A stretch of 64,000 nt of DNA from NCBI RefSeq assembly GCF_018977255.1, contig NW_024704743.1, positions 42,224,001 through 42,288,000 of the forward strand, written 5' to 3'. This DNA is from Callorhinchus milii (lineage: Eukaryota). Both the position numbers and the translations under genes were made by a program. A model generated the notes under the pieces. It was not told the origin of the DNA. It did not search any database and saw only the letters and a program-made list of their open reading frames with translations. Shown piece after piece: positions 48,844 to 61,300 of this stretch (position 1 is the stretch's first letter; each line of letters opens with the position of its first letter).

Positions 48844-49502
48844 TGTACACCATACTCCAGGTGGGGGTCTGACCAGAGCACTGTACAGCCTGAGTATGAT
48901 GTCCAGTATTCTAAACTCAACTGATTTAGCAATGTAACCCAGTATCCTTTTGTCTTACTTATTAATGTCTCACACTGTTTTGACATAGTGAGCGATGAGT
49001 CAACTAACACCCTGGATCACTTTCAGCTTCCCCCTCACAAATTATATCCCATCTGTGGAGTACATTACATGCAATACTAACTTCATGTATATTGTACCTC
49101 TAATTTATTGGTAATAAACTTAATTTGCTAGTTCTCAGTTCATGTCTATATGCAATCAAGCTCTCTTTGTAAGACCTTAGCTGCCTACTCTGATTCCAAA
49201 GTTCCCTCCAACTGGGTGTCATCTCGAAATTTAATTATCTTACACTCGGTCTGCAAATCTAGATCATTAATATATGCGAGGAAAGGAAGGATCACAGTAC
49301 AGACCCCTGAGGAACCCCACTTAATACTTCTCTCGATTTTGATCGAGCTCAGTTAACAGAAACCCTCTGTTTCCTTCTCTTCAGGCAATTATGAAACCAT
49401 GTCTGTCATCAACAGGTCTTGCCCTTGACACCTATTGACCGCAGTTTGTGAAGGAATCTTTCATGTTATACTTTGTCAGATGCCTTTTAGATTTCTAAAT
49501 AG
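48844..49502 (-). mobile_element. Decayed CR1 RT fragment
   Basis: Minus frames contain KASDKV.HERFLHKL, RKQRVSVN, SGVPQGSVL, INDLD, DDTQL, VDSSLTMSKQC and PHLEYGV. Confidence 0.88.
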
Positions 49503-49649
49503 AACCATGCAAATTTACAGCACAGAAGACCATTCAGCCAATTGTAACTGTGATGGATCTTTTAAAGAACAATCCTTTCAGTATACCTGCCTTTTCCTCA
49601 CACCCCTGTAGTTTACTTATTTTTATACATGTATCAGTTCCCTTTTGAG

Positions 49650-50725
49650 GTTTGTGCAATAGGCTAAAAGCTGGCAAATGAAATTTAATACTGATGAATG
49701 CAAGGTACCACATATAATAACCTAGAATAGGAACTAAAAATACTTCATGAAAGATATCTAGTAGTTAGTTGACTTGTCATTCATTATGTCAAAAGAGGGT
49801 GAGGCAGCAATAAAAAAGGCAAATAGGATGCTGGGCTATATTACTAAATAAGTGGAGTTTGGATCCTCAGACTTCATACTGAATATTGGATAAGGTTCTG
49901 GTCACTGGGACATGAGAGGCTCCCCAGACTTTAGAGGCAGTGCAGAGCAGAGAGAAGAGGATGATGCCTAGTGTAAGAGAAATGGGCATGATCAATGGAA
50001 AATTGCGGAAATATTTTCCAAGAAGTTACAGGGAAGTTTGACAAATTTTGCAGAAAATTGCAGGGAGTTGATTGGTGCCATTGAAAGCTACATTTTCACT
50101 GCCAACTTACATTCCTTTCACTTTATTGATAACAACCAAATATGAAGAAATAACACTTATTAGATTGTTGCAAAAAAAAATAATGCTTTCTTTAACAAAA
50201 ACTGGCTGGCTCACTCGAGGGGGGCGTGGGTGGTGGGGGAGAGGGGAAAACACCAGTGCAGGCCCAAAGGGCCGAATGGTCTGTTCCCATTCTGCACTAC
50301 ACTGGAGATCCCTGAAAGACCAGCATTGTTCGGCAAGCTCACCAGTGTTCTGACTACGAAGCTCGAGGAGGTCACCACCTCTTAGCTCTCAGGCCGCCAC
50401 TGCACACAAACACAGAGAGAGACACATACTCACAGACAAAGAGAGAGAGACACACACACTCAGAACATTTTAAATGAGATTGAAAAAGTAAACCCAAATC
50501 AATACTTTGGGATGTATCAAGACAGTAAAACAAGAGGGCATTAATTTAAAGGTGTAAAGGGCAATTTCATGACAGACATCAGGAAGTTTTTCTTTACACT
50601 GAGGGTAATAAACCATTGGAACAGGTTGCCACAAAATATGGTCGAGGCAAGGACATAATAAGGTGGATGTTCTGGAGGGATGAGATTGATGGGCCGAAGG
50701 GCTTTCTTTATCAAGACTGATCTTG
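49650..50725 (+). mobile_element. Decayed CR1 pieces (about 49650-49990 and 50465-50725) with intervening unrelated sequence
   Basis: AKSWQMKFNTDECKV, AIKKANRMLGYI; DSKTRGH..DIRKFFFTLRVINHWNRLP. Confidence 0.75.
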
Positions 50726-51125
50726 TGAAAGCTAACATGGATTCTGCTCCAAATGCAGATTATTCCATATCCTAACTACTCTACGTGTGAAAAGAAATTC
50801 TCCTAACCTCTCTATTTTCTCATTTGATAACTATCTTAAATTGATACCTTCTAGTCCTTAATTCATTGACCAGTGGAAATAATTTCTCCCTATTTCTCCC
50901 TCAACCTATGATATATTAGATCATATGACTTCCCACAATCAAACTGGGCCATCACGTCCTCAAAATTTTAAGAAATCAATCACACAGGATCTTTCCTTTC
51001 TGAACCCGTGTTGGCTGTCATTTATTAGATTATTTTTACATACAAAATCTTCCACTTCCTTTCTCATGACTTACTCCATACTTTTCCAATTATTGTGGTC
51101 AGGCTAATGAGTCTAGTGGCCAGTT
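50725..51125 (-). mobile_element. CR1 fragments (3' end 50725-50900; RT 50910-51125)
   Basis: Minus translation ISLTTIIGKV..NNLINDSQHGFRKGRSC. Confidence 0.8.
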
Positions 51126-53590
51126 ATGAGCAACAATTAGACAGGCTAGGGCTCAATACTGTCAACAGTATTAAGTTTATGACAGACATTTTTATTCAGG
51201 AATTGCATAGTTGATAGAGAATAAATTGACTCAACTAACTACATCCACTCTAAACCTTGAATATTTCTGACTCTGCAAGAGTTCCCTTTTATTCTACAAT
51301 GCCAGCAATGATATAATCTAAATGTTGCATCACTTGGTATTGATGCACCATCCCTCCATGATTACCTGTGTTCCTGCTCCCCGTTCTCTCCAGTTTTCAT
51401 GGCCCCCACCTGCTCTACCTTACCACTGGCAGGTATATCATCCACCATCCTGCCCCTGCTGTCTAGAACTCTTTCCTTAATCCCTCAATGTACTACTAAA
51501 AATGTACCTTTTTGACTTTTTTTTGGTGATTTCCCTCTTATCCCTTCTGTCTCCCACTGTGCTCAGGCTCCCACTCTGTCTCCATAAAGCGATGTTGAAA
51601 CTTTAACTAGGTGAAATGTACTATATACTGTAAGGGCAAGCAGTTATTGTAGTCATAGGCATTAAAACTAGGTCAAAACTATCTAAAGTTAGTTTTAGCC
51701 CAATGTGAGTTTAATTTGAAGCCACGTCCTAGAAAAGAGAAGATAGAGGATTCATTAATGATGATCGCTAACATTATTAATCTTTTGGCTATGTCTTTAT
51801 CTTTATAATAGGAAATTCTCAATGCTAATTTAATGATCCATTTGGTCCATTCTTTGTATTTTTAATGCCAAGCCTTTGTACATTTTAATGTTCTCGTAGT
51901 AAAGTAGAATCAAAACCATGTTTTGCACAAATGAATCACAACAAGGGAACAGTGTAAAAACTCAGTTCATTTTAGTTGTGCAGAAGAACTTTAATAAGCC
52001 CCTTTGTATCGTTTACTCATGTGCGATAAGTTGGGTAGTGTGACATTTATTTATCAGACCCACTGTTGAATAGATTGGCATGTATTTGGAACAAGAGAAG
52101 ATGGATAGTGTTGCTAATTGGAGGTGAAAGAAGCCAAACATACACAGAGCTCTTTGTGCACAATCCGAGGAAACTTTCACTGACTTTTGGTCTGTGCTTT
52201 ACAATAATTACAGTTTGTTCATTCATTGAATTATATACAGTACTATGTAATTTGTGGGTGAATCATGGTAGTGACTTTGCACACAGCAATGTTCCACAAG
52301 CTGCCATGGAATGAGTGATCAATTTTATCTGGGGGGTTGATGGCCAAGACACTGGGAGAAATCCCCTTCTGTTTTCAAATGGTGCCATGGGATCCTTAAT
52401 GCTACCCTGCGTGAGGAGCACTACATAAATGCAAGTTGTTGCTGTTGCTTCATGTCCCCCCAGCCCATCTGCCCCATTATCGGCATTTTGCCTCCGCTTT
52501 CTGAATTCCATTCCTGGAGTACCTCCGACTCCCTCCCTCCTTCCTTCAACTCAAGTCAAGATTTAACTCTTTCAGCATGCTTTCAATCACCTTTTCCCCT
52601 CCCCATCCCACCTCTCGTGGCTTCCATCCCTAGCTCAGGTACCCATCCGACTGTATCAAGATGTCCTTCCAACATGAAAAAGGTGCTGTGTAAATGTTGC
52701 TGTTTCTGGAAGGGAAACAGAAAATATTGCTTAAGTGGCCCATGGACCTTTCTCAAATAGGGAATCGGCTTGAGACAGCCAAAAGGTTGCATCACTCTGG
52801 CTTAAACTATGTGACTCCAATTCCCGATGTAGGCTTGAACCTACAACCTTCAGACTCAGAGGTAAAAGTATGACCGAAGGCAGGCTGACACCCAAATGAA
52901 TGAAACCCATCAAGTTCAATGTTGTGATTGTCAGGTCCCTGCTTTGACCTTTCAAACTAAATGGGCTGCAGTACTACTATTGTTTTCCTTACTTGGTTTT
53001 CTGTTCTTTAAAAGGAAAGTTGACAATGGAATTGGAGGAAGATAGGGAGATACTGAGTATAAAGAAGCTATTCTCTCTGGTCAGCTAAAAAGTCAACATT
53101 TGATTAGTCTTTCAAATGTTTTATAATGTTTTTCAAAGTACATTTTTCATTTCATTTTCATTTTTCATTTACTCCCTTATGTGACTGTTTGCCACATCTC
53201 CTTCTCTGGATGGGAGGGTGCTCTGATTTCCACATATCCTAACAATGATACTTTGCCATCATCTGCCAGCTGATATAGGTCATGTAGAGCAGCATTTCTT
53301 CAACTGTCTTCATAATACAGACGGTCTCAGTGTCTTCTTACAATGTGGTGAATCATGAGCAAATCAGCCAGTCACATCAATCTCGAGATTTTTTTTTGGT
53401 ATGGATTGGCTACAAGATTGGTGCTAATACTCGTTAGGTCTGGACATTTTCTTAGATTTCTCCTCTGCCTTAGATAGAGCTTTCCGAGACATCTGCGAAA
53501 ATGTGTTCACCTTGCAACAGTATTTCCCAATGCCCAGGCCCATTACCACACTTGAGGGCCTCCAAACTTATCTACGAACAAGAATGCATG

Positions 53591-53700
53591 CAGGTGGGTG
53601 GGTGGGTGGGTGGGCGGGCAGGCAGGCAGACGGACAGACAGACGGACAGGCAGGCAGGTAGCAAGCAGGCAGGCAGGCAGACAGGAAGGTAGGCAGGTGG
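53591..53700. repeat. Compound tetranucleotide microsatellite (GGGT/GGCA/GACA)n
   Basis: Directly visible. Confidence 0.92.
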
Positions 53701-54540
53701 GCTAACATAATGAGGATTGACCTGGTTATGTCTGTGTTGAGCCTATTAATTTTCTGTCTCTCAGCTTTTGATCAGTTCCTAAAAAAGGATTGACAGCGCA
53801 AACGGACAAAAGGCGAGTGCCAATATTTGAAGGTGGGAAAATAAGTTTTGAATAGAGTAATAATAAAAATTAAAAGGGTGAAGATTGTATCATGTGCTGC
53901 GTAAATTAACAAAAATAGCTTGCATTTATATAATGCTCTTCACATAGGATAACATCTAGAAGCTGTTGCTATACATGGAGTCAGACCCCAAATGAGGGAA
54001 GAGAGGAAGGGAGAGGTCACTGTTGGCCCGGTTGAAGAGATAGATTTTTAAGCAGGATTTAAAGAGTTTGGTGCAGGTGAGAATGTGACTGGTAAGTAAC
54101 AGTCGTGTTGATTATCATTTCATAAAAATTCTACCATGTTGTCAACTAAAGCCATTGACTGATCCATGGTGAGACTCCCAACACATGGATTTCAGCATCA
54201 CCGATTAGTAGAATACCACCTTTACTTTCACCTTTGTATCGAGAGGGAGAGAAAACAGAAGAGAGGCAGTAAAAAAAAATTGCTATTAGGAAGCCAGATA
54301 AAAGTTTAGCAAATATTTTGTATTTAATTTTAGTAGGTTAAAGTTATTACAATAATGAAAGTATCGTGATTCTTAGAGTAGTGTTATTCCCGGACTATTA
54401 TTTCTATAGACTTTACAGCAATTTGTTTTTGCAGTGACTTCCAGTTTACTAAATTTACAGCCCCAAGAATAATTATAATAACCATAATAATAATACTTTT
54501 ATTTGATACAGCATCTTTCACCAGAAGTACTTCTCAAAAC

Positions 54541-55140
54541 CCAAATAGTGGGGTAATCCGGCCACTGTATAATTCATTGGTGAGACCACACTTAAAGTAC
54601 TGTGTACAGTTCTGGTCATTGCAGCACAAAATGGATATTGAAGAAATCGAGAAGATTCAGAGGGGGGCAACCAAAATGATTGAGGGAATGGAAGGACTGG
54701 ACTATGAGGAGCGAATAAGTAAATTGGGCATGTTCACGCTGGAAAAGAGAGGATTGAAAGACAACATGATTGCTGTCTTTAAGATTCTAAAGGGGCTAAA
54801 CAATATAGATCATGACAGGCTGTTTCAACTTGTCCAGAATAGTAAAACCAGACAGCATGGTCTGCGATTGAAGGGGGGTAAATTCAGAACAAATCAGAAC
54901 AAACACTATTTCAGAGAGTTAATCGTGAACCTGTGAAACACGCTCCCTAGGGAGATAGTTGAAGCAGGAAGTGTTGATTCTTTCAAACACAGATTAGATA
55001 GTTTTCCTTTAGGAAATAACATTATAGGATATAGTACATAGGTAGTTCGGGACATATTTGCATGTAAAATGCCAGGAAGGTGAAAGGCGAACAACATGGA
55101 CCTTGATCTTTTTTCATCTAGCATTTCCTATGTTCTTGTG
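54541..55140 (+). mobile_element. CR1 3' fragment inserted into the tail of a minus-strand SINE (54470-55260)
   Basis: ORF 54577-54936 VRPHLKYCVQFWS..LGMFTLEKRGLKDNMIAVFKIL; TCAAAA on both flanks. Confidence 0.92.
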
Positions 55141-55869
55141 TTCAAAATATTTCACAAGACTTTACTGCAAAGTGTAGTGACTGCGTAATCTGTAGGCAAA
55201 CCCAGCAGCCAATTTGCACATAATGTTTTCCATAAACACCTAAGAAATGAATGATCAATTAAACTCAGCTTCAGAATTCCTGACTTAAACTGGCTAAGAA
55301 CCAATACCAGTCCATGGCAGCTTTATGGCTTATTCATACCAGATAAATCTTTAGATTGAGTTAATCTGACTAGCTCATTAACTAATATGCCACCACATTT
55401 GCCTACATATACACAATCACTACACTTTGCAATTAAATTATGTAAAGTGCTTTGAAATGTCTCAACAATATAATAAGCTACTACATCAAATACAAGAATT
55501 ATTATTTTTACTTTAAGATGCAACAAAGGATGTACAAAAAGGTTGAGCAACACCAATTTAAGCTACTTGTAATATTTCCAGGACTCAAAAGATAATAAGA
55601 AGTGCGTGCTAAAGTATTGTCGGACATTTCTGACAGTCTATAATTGATGCATTCATTCCTGTGATATCACATCATCGAAATTTACTTGTTCTGGTATCGT
55701 AAGCAGTGTGACGTCATCAAATGGCTTAGGAGGTCTTGTGCTATAAACTTCAAACACTATTAAATTGAACTGGTTTATACTATGTGTGTATGTTTAAATA
55801 TTGATGCTATTAACCAGGTTCATATGGGTTATTTAGTTTATCTGCACCACTTGAGCACTTCAGGACACT

Positions 55870-56810
55870 TGGGCTTTCTCTTGCACACTGTTGGGCTTTC
55901 TCCTGCATGTATGTGGATGACACACAAATCTACTTTGCCTCCTCCAGTACCAACTCCAGGTCCGCCGATATTCTATCAGCTTGTCTGGCAGACATCAGGG
56001 CCTGGATGAGTGCAAACTTCCTGCAGCTGAATGTAGACAAGACAGAAGCCATACTCCTTGGCTCCCATCAACGTCTTCACCCCTGCGGATCTGAAATCCT
56101 CAACTTCCCTGGGGTTCTCTCCCTCACACTCATAAACTAGTGCGTAACTTAGGCGTCCGGTTTGAGCCCCAGCTGTCCTTTCTCCCCCACATCCGGTCCC
56201 TGACCAGGACCGCCTTCTTCCACCTCATTGCCTGCCTCCAATCAAACCTTACCCCAAATGCAGCCGAAACCCTCATGCATGTATTTCTCACTTCCTGCCT
56301 GGATTGCTCAAATGCACTCCTCGCTGGTCTCCCCAGCTCCACTATTCAAAGCATTCAGAACTCTGCCCTCCATACTGACCGGGACCATACTAGGTCAAAC
56401 ATTTAATCAGTTCTGGCCAGGCTCCACTGGCTCCCCATCACCGAAAGGATTGCCTTCAAATCCCTTCACTCTCTGGCCTTCCCTACTTCTCCAACCTACA
56501 TCACTGCCCAATCCACCACCCAGCACCTCTGCTCGACTAGCACTGGCTTCCTGCTCATCCCTCGCAACCTCAGCCCCACCATCGGAGGTCACGCTTTCAG
56601 CCACTATGCCCCAAAACTCTGGAACACTTTCTCTCAATCCTCCGCCTTGCCCCACCACTTCCCCTTTTTAAGTCCTGCCTTCCTCTTCAACTGAGCTTAC
56701 GGCCACCTTCCTCCCCCCTGCCCACCCGGCTTGGAGTCTGTTAAGCGCTCTGAGACTCTACCCTGCATGGAGGATGCTATATAAGTGCAAGTTGATGTTG
56801 TTGTTGTTGT
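55870..56810 (+). mobile_element. L2 LINE 3' fragment including the RT YxDD motif
   Basis: YVDDTQIYF..CLADIRAWMSANFLQLNVDKTEAILLG, RNLGVRFEPQLSF; tail with (TTG)n. Confidence 0.93.
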
Positions 56811-56884
56811 TCCATTCTGTGATTGTGACTAACAACCTTTTTTTTAAAAAAGCAGCTCCTTGAACTATGATTACATGCTTCTTT

Positions 56885-57060
56885 CCTGAGACTATTTATT
56901 GCTCATGTAGTTATTCCACTTGACTTTGAGAATCTCGCTGAAGCAGGTTTGCTGAAATGTTTCAAATTTGTCTTCAGCTGCTTTGCAGAATTCCAGGCTC
57001 TCTAGGTCATACACTACTATTGTTAATATCCTGTTGCTGTACTTTTGTGATATCAAGCAC
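56885..57060 (-). mobile_element. RTE-clade LINE RT C-terminal fragment
   Basis: YSNRILTIVVYDLESLEFCKAAEDKFETFQQTCFSEILKVKWNNYMSNK resembles RTE Y...VLSVLLYG.E.W....E.KL..F...CLR.IL.I.W...ISN. Confidence 0.65.
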
Positions 57061-57354
57061 ATGCAACTTGTCACAAAACACAATGAGGAACTTTCCACTG
57101 TGCAGTTAGTTCCTTGTGATGAAGACTACATTAAAAAGACCTGGACTAGTGCTAGGAATGGAGCAATACTGATGTTGAAGATACTGTGTATTACTGTGCA
57201 TCCAGACCCAGAGTTATGTCCGGATCAAAGTTTGAGTCCAAACAGGTTCATTTATTCCATCACCAGTTCCAGGTCAATAAAATGATTAATTATGACAAAC
57301 TGAATATATCCTTCTTGGGGTAGGGAGAGGAGATGAATCTCCCGGGATCTCAAT

Positions 57355-57615
57355 TATAATAATAAAACATTTCTTGCATTTGATATTGTGCATTTCACGT
57401 TAGGAGGATGCCTCAAGATGCTTCACAGTATTGTAATGATCTGGCGTTTATAGGCAAATGTGGCATCCAATTCATGCACAGGAACTTTCCACAAACAGCC
57501 ATGAAATGAATGAACAATTTTATTCAAAGGATTGCTGATCAGGACACCAGGAGAAACTCCCTTCTCATTTTAAATAGTGCACCTGGACAGGCACTCGGGA
57601 CCTCGGTTTAGGTCT
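57355..57615 (-). mobile_element. Old Deu-SINE 3' part
   Basis: Tail plus CCACAAACAGCCATGAAATGAATGA..CAGGACACCAGGAGAAACTCCC. Confidence 0.7.
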
Positions 57616-58385
57616 TCCCCATTCCCTCCTCCCACACATACACACTTCAATCTGAATTGGCAAAAAGAGCACAGGGGAAAGTCTCCAAAAATGACAACCC
57701 CCAAATGCTTTAAAAGGTGTAATTTAATTGCTGGTTGAAGAGACATGCCATTTTCAAGAGCTGCAGGCTTTCACAGGAAATATTCCCTTTCACATTTCAG
57801 CTAATTTAGGTACTCAATGAGGGAATAAAAGATGTTCCCATCTCAAACACCTGGCTTCTTCCAATTAGACGTTCCCGAGACTGATATGCACTAATGAAAT
57901 AGTGGGAAGGTTAATGCTGAGCTCGGCAGTCCCGCCGGTGACACTAATAGGTATAGACAGCGCCATCATTCATGAGATTTGATTTGATTCTTTTGGTCCC
58001 CCCAGATTTGAGATGGATATTTTGCTCTGGGTATCATTCCACAGCTTGCCATTAAATCCAGAGATTGTCTGACCAGATGGCCCGGGAAAAGATAAGGTTT
58101 CACAAGCACTTACAGGTTAGCAAATATCCATGCGTAGGATACAATTACTTAAACTCTTTGAACATAAGTGGCTGCTCAATTATAAATGGAGGTACCTACC
58201 AGTATTAAGTCAGTTATGAAATTTCCACAATTTGCTGATTACTTCATTTAAAACATGTAAAAGTGATAGGAAGTGTGATCCATGGTACAATGGTTTATTT
58301 GATATGCAGTGTCTACACCAACCTTATGTGTATGATTGATGTATTTCTTCCCAAGACAGTCTCCTTTCCTGTTTCCCGTACATTT

Positions 58386-59027
58386 GGAGTCTCGTGGCGT
58401 ATTGGTTAAACCACTCGCCTCGCAAACTAAAAAACCCGGGTTCAATTCCAGGGTGTGGCCAAACCTTAGGCAAGTTTCCTTAGTCTATACACCTCTGTTT
58501 ACTTAGCACTAAGTAGGAACTCGGCTATTTGTCAATAGGTAGATCACTTTCCAGGGATAAAAATCCCTTAAAAAGATACTAAATCAACGATTGTTTGTGG
58601 GACACTGCTGTGTGCAGTTGGCTACTGCATTTCACCCACAAAATATACAGTCAATCCATTTTTCTGTGAAGTCCTTTGAGATGTCTAACAACAACAACAA
58701 CAACAGGATTACATTTGTATAGCGCCTTTCAAGTCGGGAGGACGTCAAAGGCGCTGGACAGAGTACAGCATTTCAGAACCGAGCTGGGGACATGGGGTGG
58801 AGAAGGGAGGGGAGAGGAAGGGGGGTGACCGATGGTATGGTCAAAGAGGAGGATCTGGAGGCGGGACTTGAAGGAGGCTAAGGAGGGGACGAGGCGGATT
58901 GACTGGCGTATGGAATTCCAGAGGTTGGGGGCAGAGTGGCTGAAGGCTCTCCCGCCAATGGTGGAGCGAGTGGGTCTAAATGATGTGATAAGGGGCTATA
59001 GGAAATGCAACGACTATAATTATTATT
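58386..59027 (+). mobile_element. Long-subfamily SINE with an antisense L2 3' end (58689-58973) inserted in its tail
   Basis: tRNA head, Deu core; tail split with GTCTAA on both sides of the L2 piece. Confidence 0.85.
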
Positions 59028-59130
59028 GTTTCAGTTTACTTTTTATTCTCCTTAGATCCTCCATCTCCCACATCACATGTTAATTCCAGACAGAGAGAGC
59101 AGACAGTTTTAAATAATAATAATACTGCTT

Positions 59131-59508
59131 GGAGTCCTGAAGCTCAGTGGTTAGAGCACTCACCTTGCAAGCAGGAAACCTGTGTTTGATTCCGGACAGC
59201 GCGAAACGTTGGGCAAGTTTCCTTACACCACGCGCCTCTGTTTACTAAGCAATAAGTAGGAACCCGGTTGTTAGTCGATTGGCAGATTGCTTTTCTGGGG
59301 GTAACAATTCTTTAAAAAAAAATTGGTCACTTAATCAACGACTGTTTGTGAGACACTGTTGTGCACAATTGGCTGCCGCGTTTCGCCCACAAAATATACA
59401 GTCTATTCACTTTATGGTATATTCTGTGAATAATAATCCTTGCATTTGATGTAGCACTCATAAAATGTGATTAGGCGCTAAGTCAAATACAAGGATTATT
59501 ATTATTAT
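59131..59508 (+). mobile_element. Full-length long-subfamily SINE
   Basis: GGAGTCCTGAAGCTCAGTGG head, extra CTCTGTTTACTAAGCAATAAGTAGGAACCCGG segment, Deu core; short antisense tail piece at about 59429-59460. Confidence 0.88.
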
Positions 59509-60856
59509 TGAGTGTCTGTAGCATCGAAAAGCACTTCACAGTGACTGTTTATTATTTGTAGTCAATCGAAGCAGCCATTTTGTGCTAATTTAACAGGAAA
59601 ATTGCTGGTTAGAACACTGGGTGTAAATAATTCCTCCAAAAAAACAAAACAATAATAAATTGGTCATTTTCAATCCACGACTGTTTGTGGGACACTGCTG
59701 TGCGCAAATATACGGTCAATTCACTTTGCAGTCTATTCTGTGAAGCGCTTTGAGACGTTGAGAAGATGTGAAAAGCACTATATCAAATGCAAGGATTATT
59801 ATTGTTATATATAACTCCTTTTGAATAGAATCATAGGATCCTGAGAATCCACCTGAACAGAAAAATGGGAATTTAATATCACATTTGCTTCCCCAATACT
59901 GCATTGGAGTGTCAGCCTGCACTGTGTGTTCAGCATCATCAAGTGGAACATGTACCCACATCCCTCTGATTCAGAGGCAAGATAGTCAATCCTGAGCCAG
60001 GTTGTTACTGCAAGACTGAACTGATCTTCCCGTCTCGATACTTACACTACTTTCTTAGGATTTCAAAGCAGACAGAATTTGGCATTTTTGTTTTAAAATT
60101 TCAGCCTTAATTTTTAAGTTACCTTACTGCAGATTCATTTAAGATCTCCAAATTAAGACTGAATTGAAGAATTTGTCAATTTCTGTGCACTTTAAATAGA
60201 TTAAGTCTAAACCCGATTGAGTTTCTTCCCACTGGCTTTAAAAAAAACTGGAGCTGTCGAAAGAGCAATGTTGATAATGTCAGTGTTGCCATTGGAGCAA
60301 TGCTCTTAATGCTGTCATCCAAAAACCAGAGTCAGCTCAATTCTGTGTTGCTGTGTCACGCTGCCCAGCTGAAGATGGGGAGCTCACCCCACAGGAAATG
60401 TCAATATCCTGCTGCATGTCACTGCATGTCAATACACCCAAACAAAAGTCTGCCCAGTGCTGAATATCTCCATCTCTTTCAGCAGCTGAATTTCTGCTCA
60501 AAAGGTATAAGAGCTACAAAGCTTTGCTTAATATAATTTGTGTTTAATTGATTCATTTAAAACATCAGCAAACCAATTATAAATTTTGCATCCTAATACA
60601 ATTATTGCATTATGCCTCGGTTATCTTCCAGAAAGAACGCTGTTTGTCTGAGTAAACAAAGTAAGTATTTCCATCTATCCACACCTCCTAATGAATTAGA
60701 TTGGGTAAGAATTATGATTTGAAGTATCCACATTTTATTTTCTCACTTGGTATTAATGGAGTCTGACAAATTATCTGCATAGAAAATGCAAGCTTGAATG
60801 TATCCAATCAGTCATTGTATAATTTCCTTCTCCTCATATTTCCACAAGAATTGGTT

Positions 60857-61300
60857 GTGTCAGCCTGGATCAGTTGATAGCATTCTCACCACTGAATCAG
60901 AAAGTTGTGGGTTCAAACCCCACATTGAGACTTGGAACCCACAGAGTCTATGCTAATACTCCAATGCAGTGCTGGGGTGTGCTGCATTGTGAGAGGTGCC
61001 ATCCTTTGGATGAGATGTTAAACCAAAGTCCTGACTGCTTGTTCAAATGGACATTAAAGATCCCCTGGCATTATTTGAAAAGAGAAGGCCATTTCTCATG
61101 CTATCCTGAGTAACAGTCCCAAATTAAAATTGATCATTTACTTCATGGCTATTTGTAGGATATTGCTGTGTGTAAATTAACTGTCATGTTCACCTACAGA
61201 ATACCCAGTCACTACACTTTACAGTATATCTTATCTGGCACTTTGAGACATCCTCCTGATGTGAAAAGGGATACATTAATTTAAGGATTATTTATTATTG
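60857..61300 (+). mobile_element. Full-length old SacSINE1-like Deu-SINE
   Basis: Head GTGTCAGCCTGGATCAGTTG..GTTGTGGGTTCAAACCC, body GGATGAGATGTTAAACC..TGGACATTAAAGATCCC, Deu core and L2-type tail. Confidence 0.82.

Noticed and set aside
57950..57970. GACAGCGCC resembling the right half of an RE1/NRSE site
   Set aside because: The left half (TTCAGCACC) is absent.
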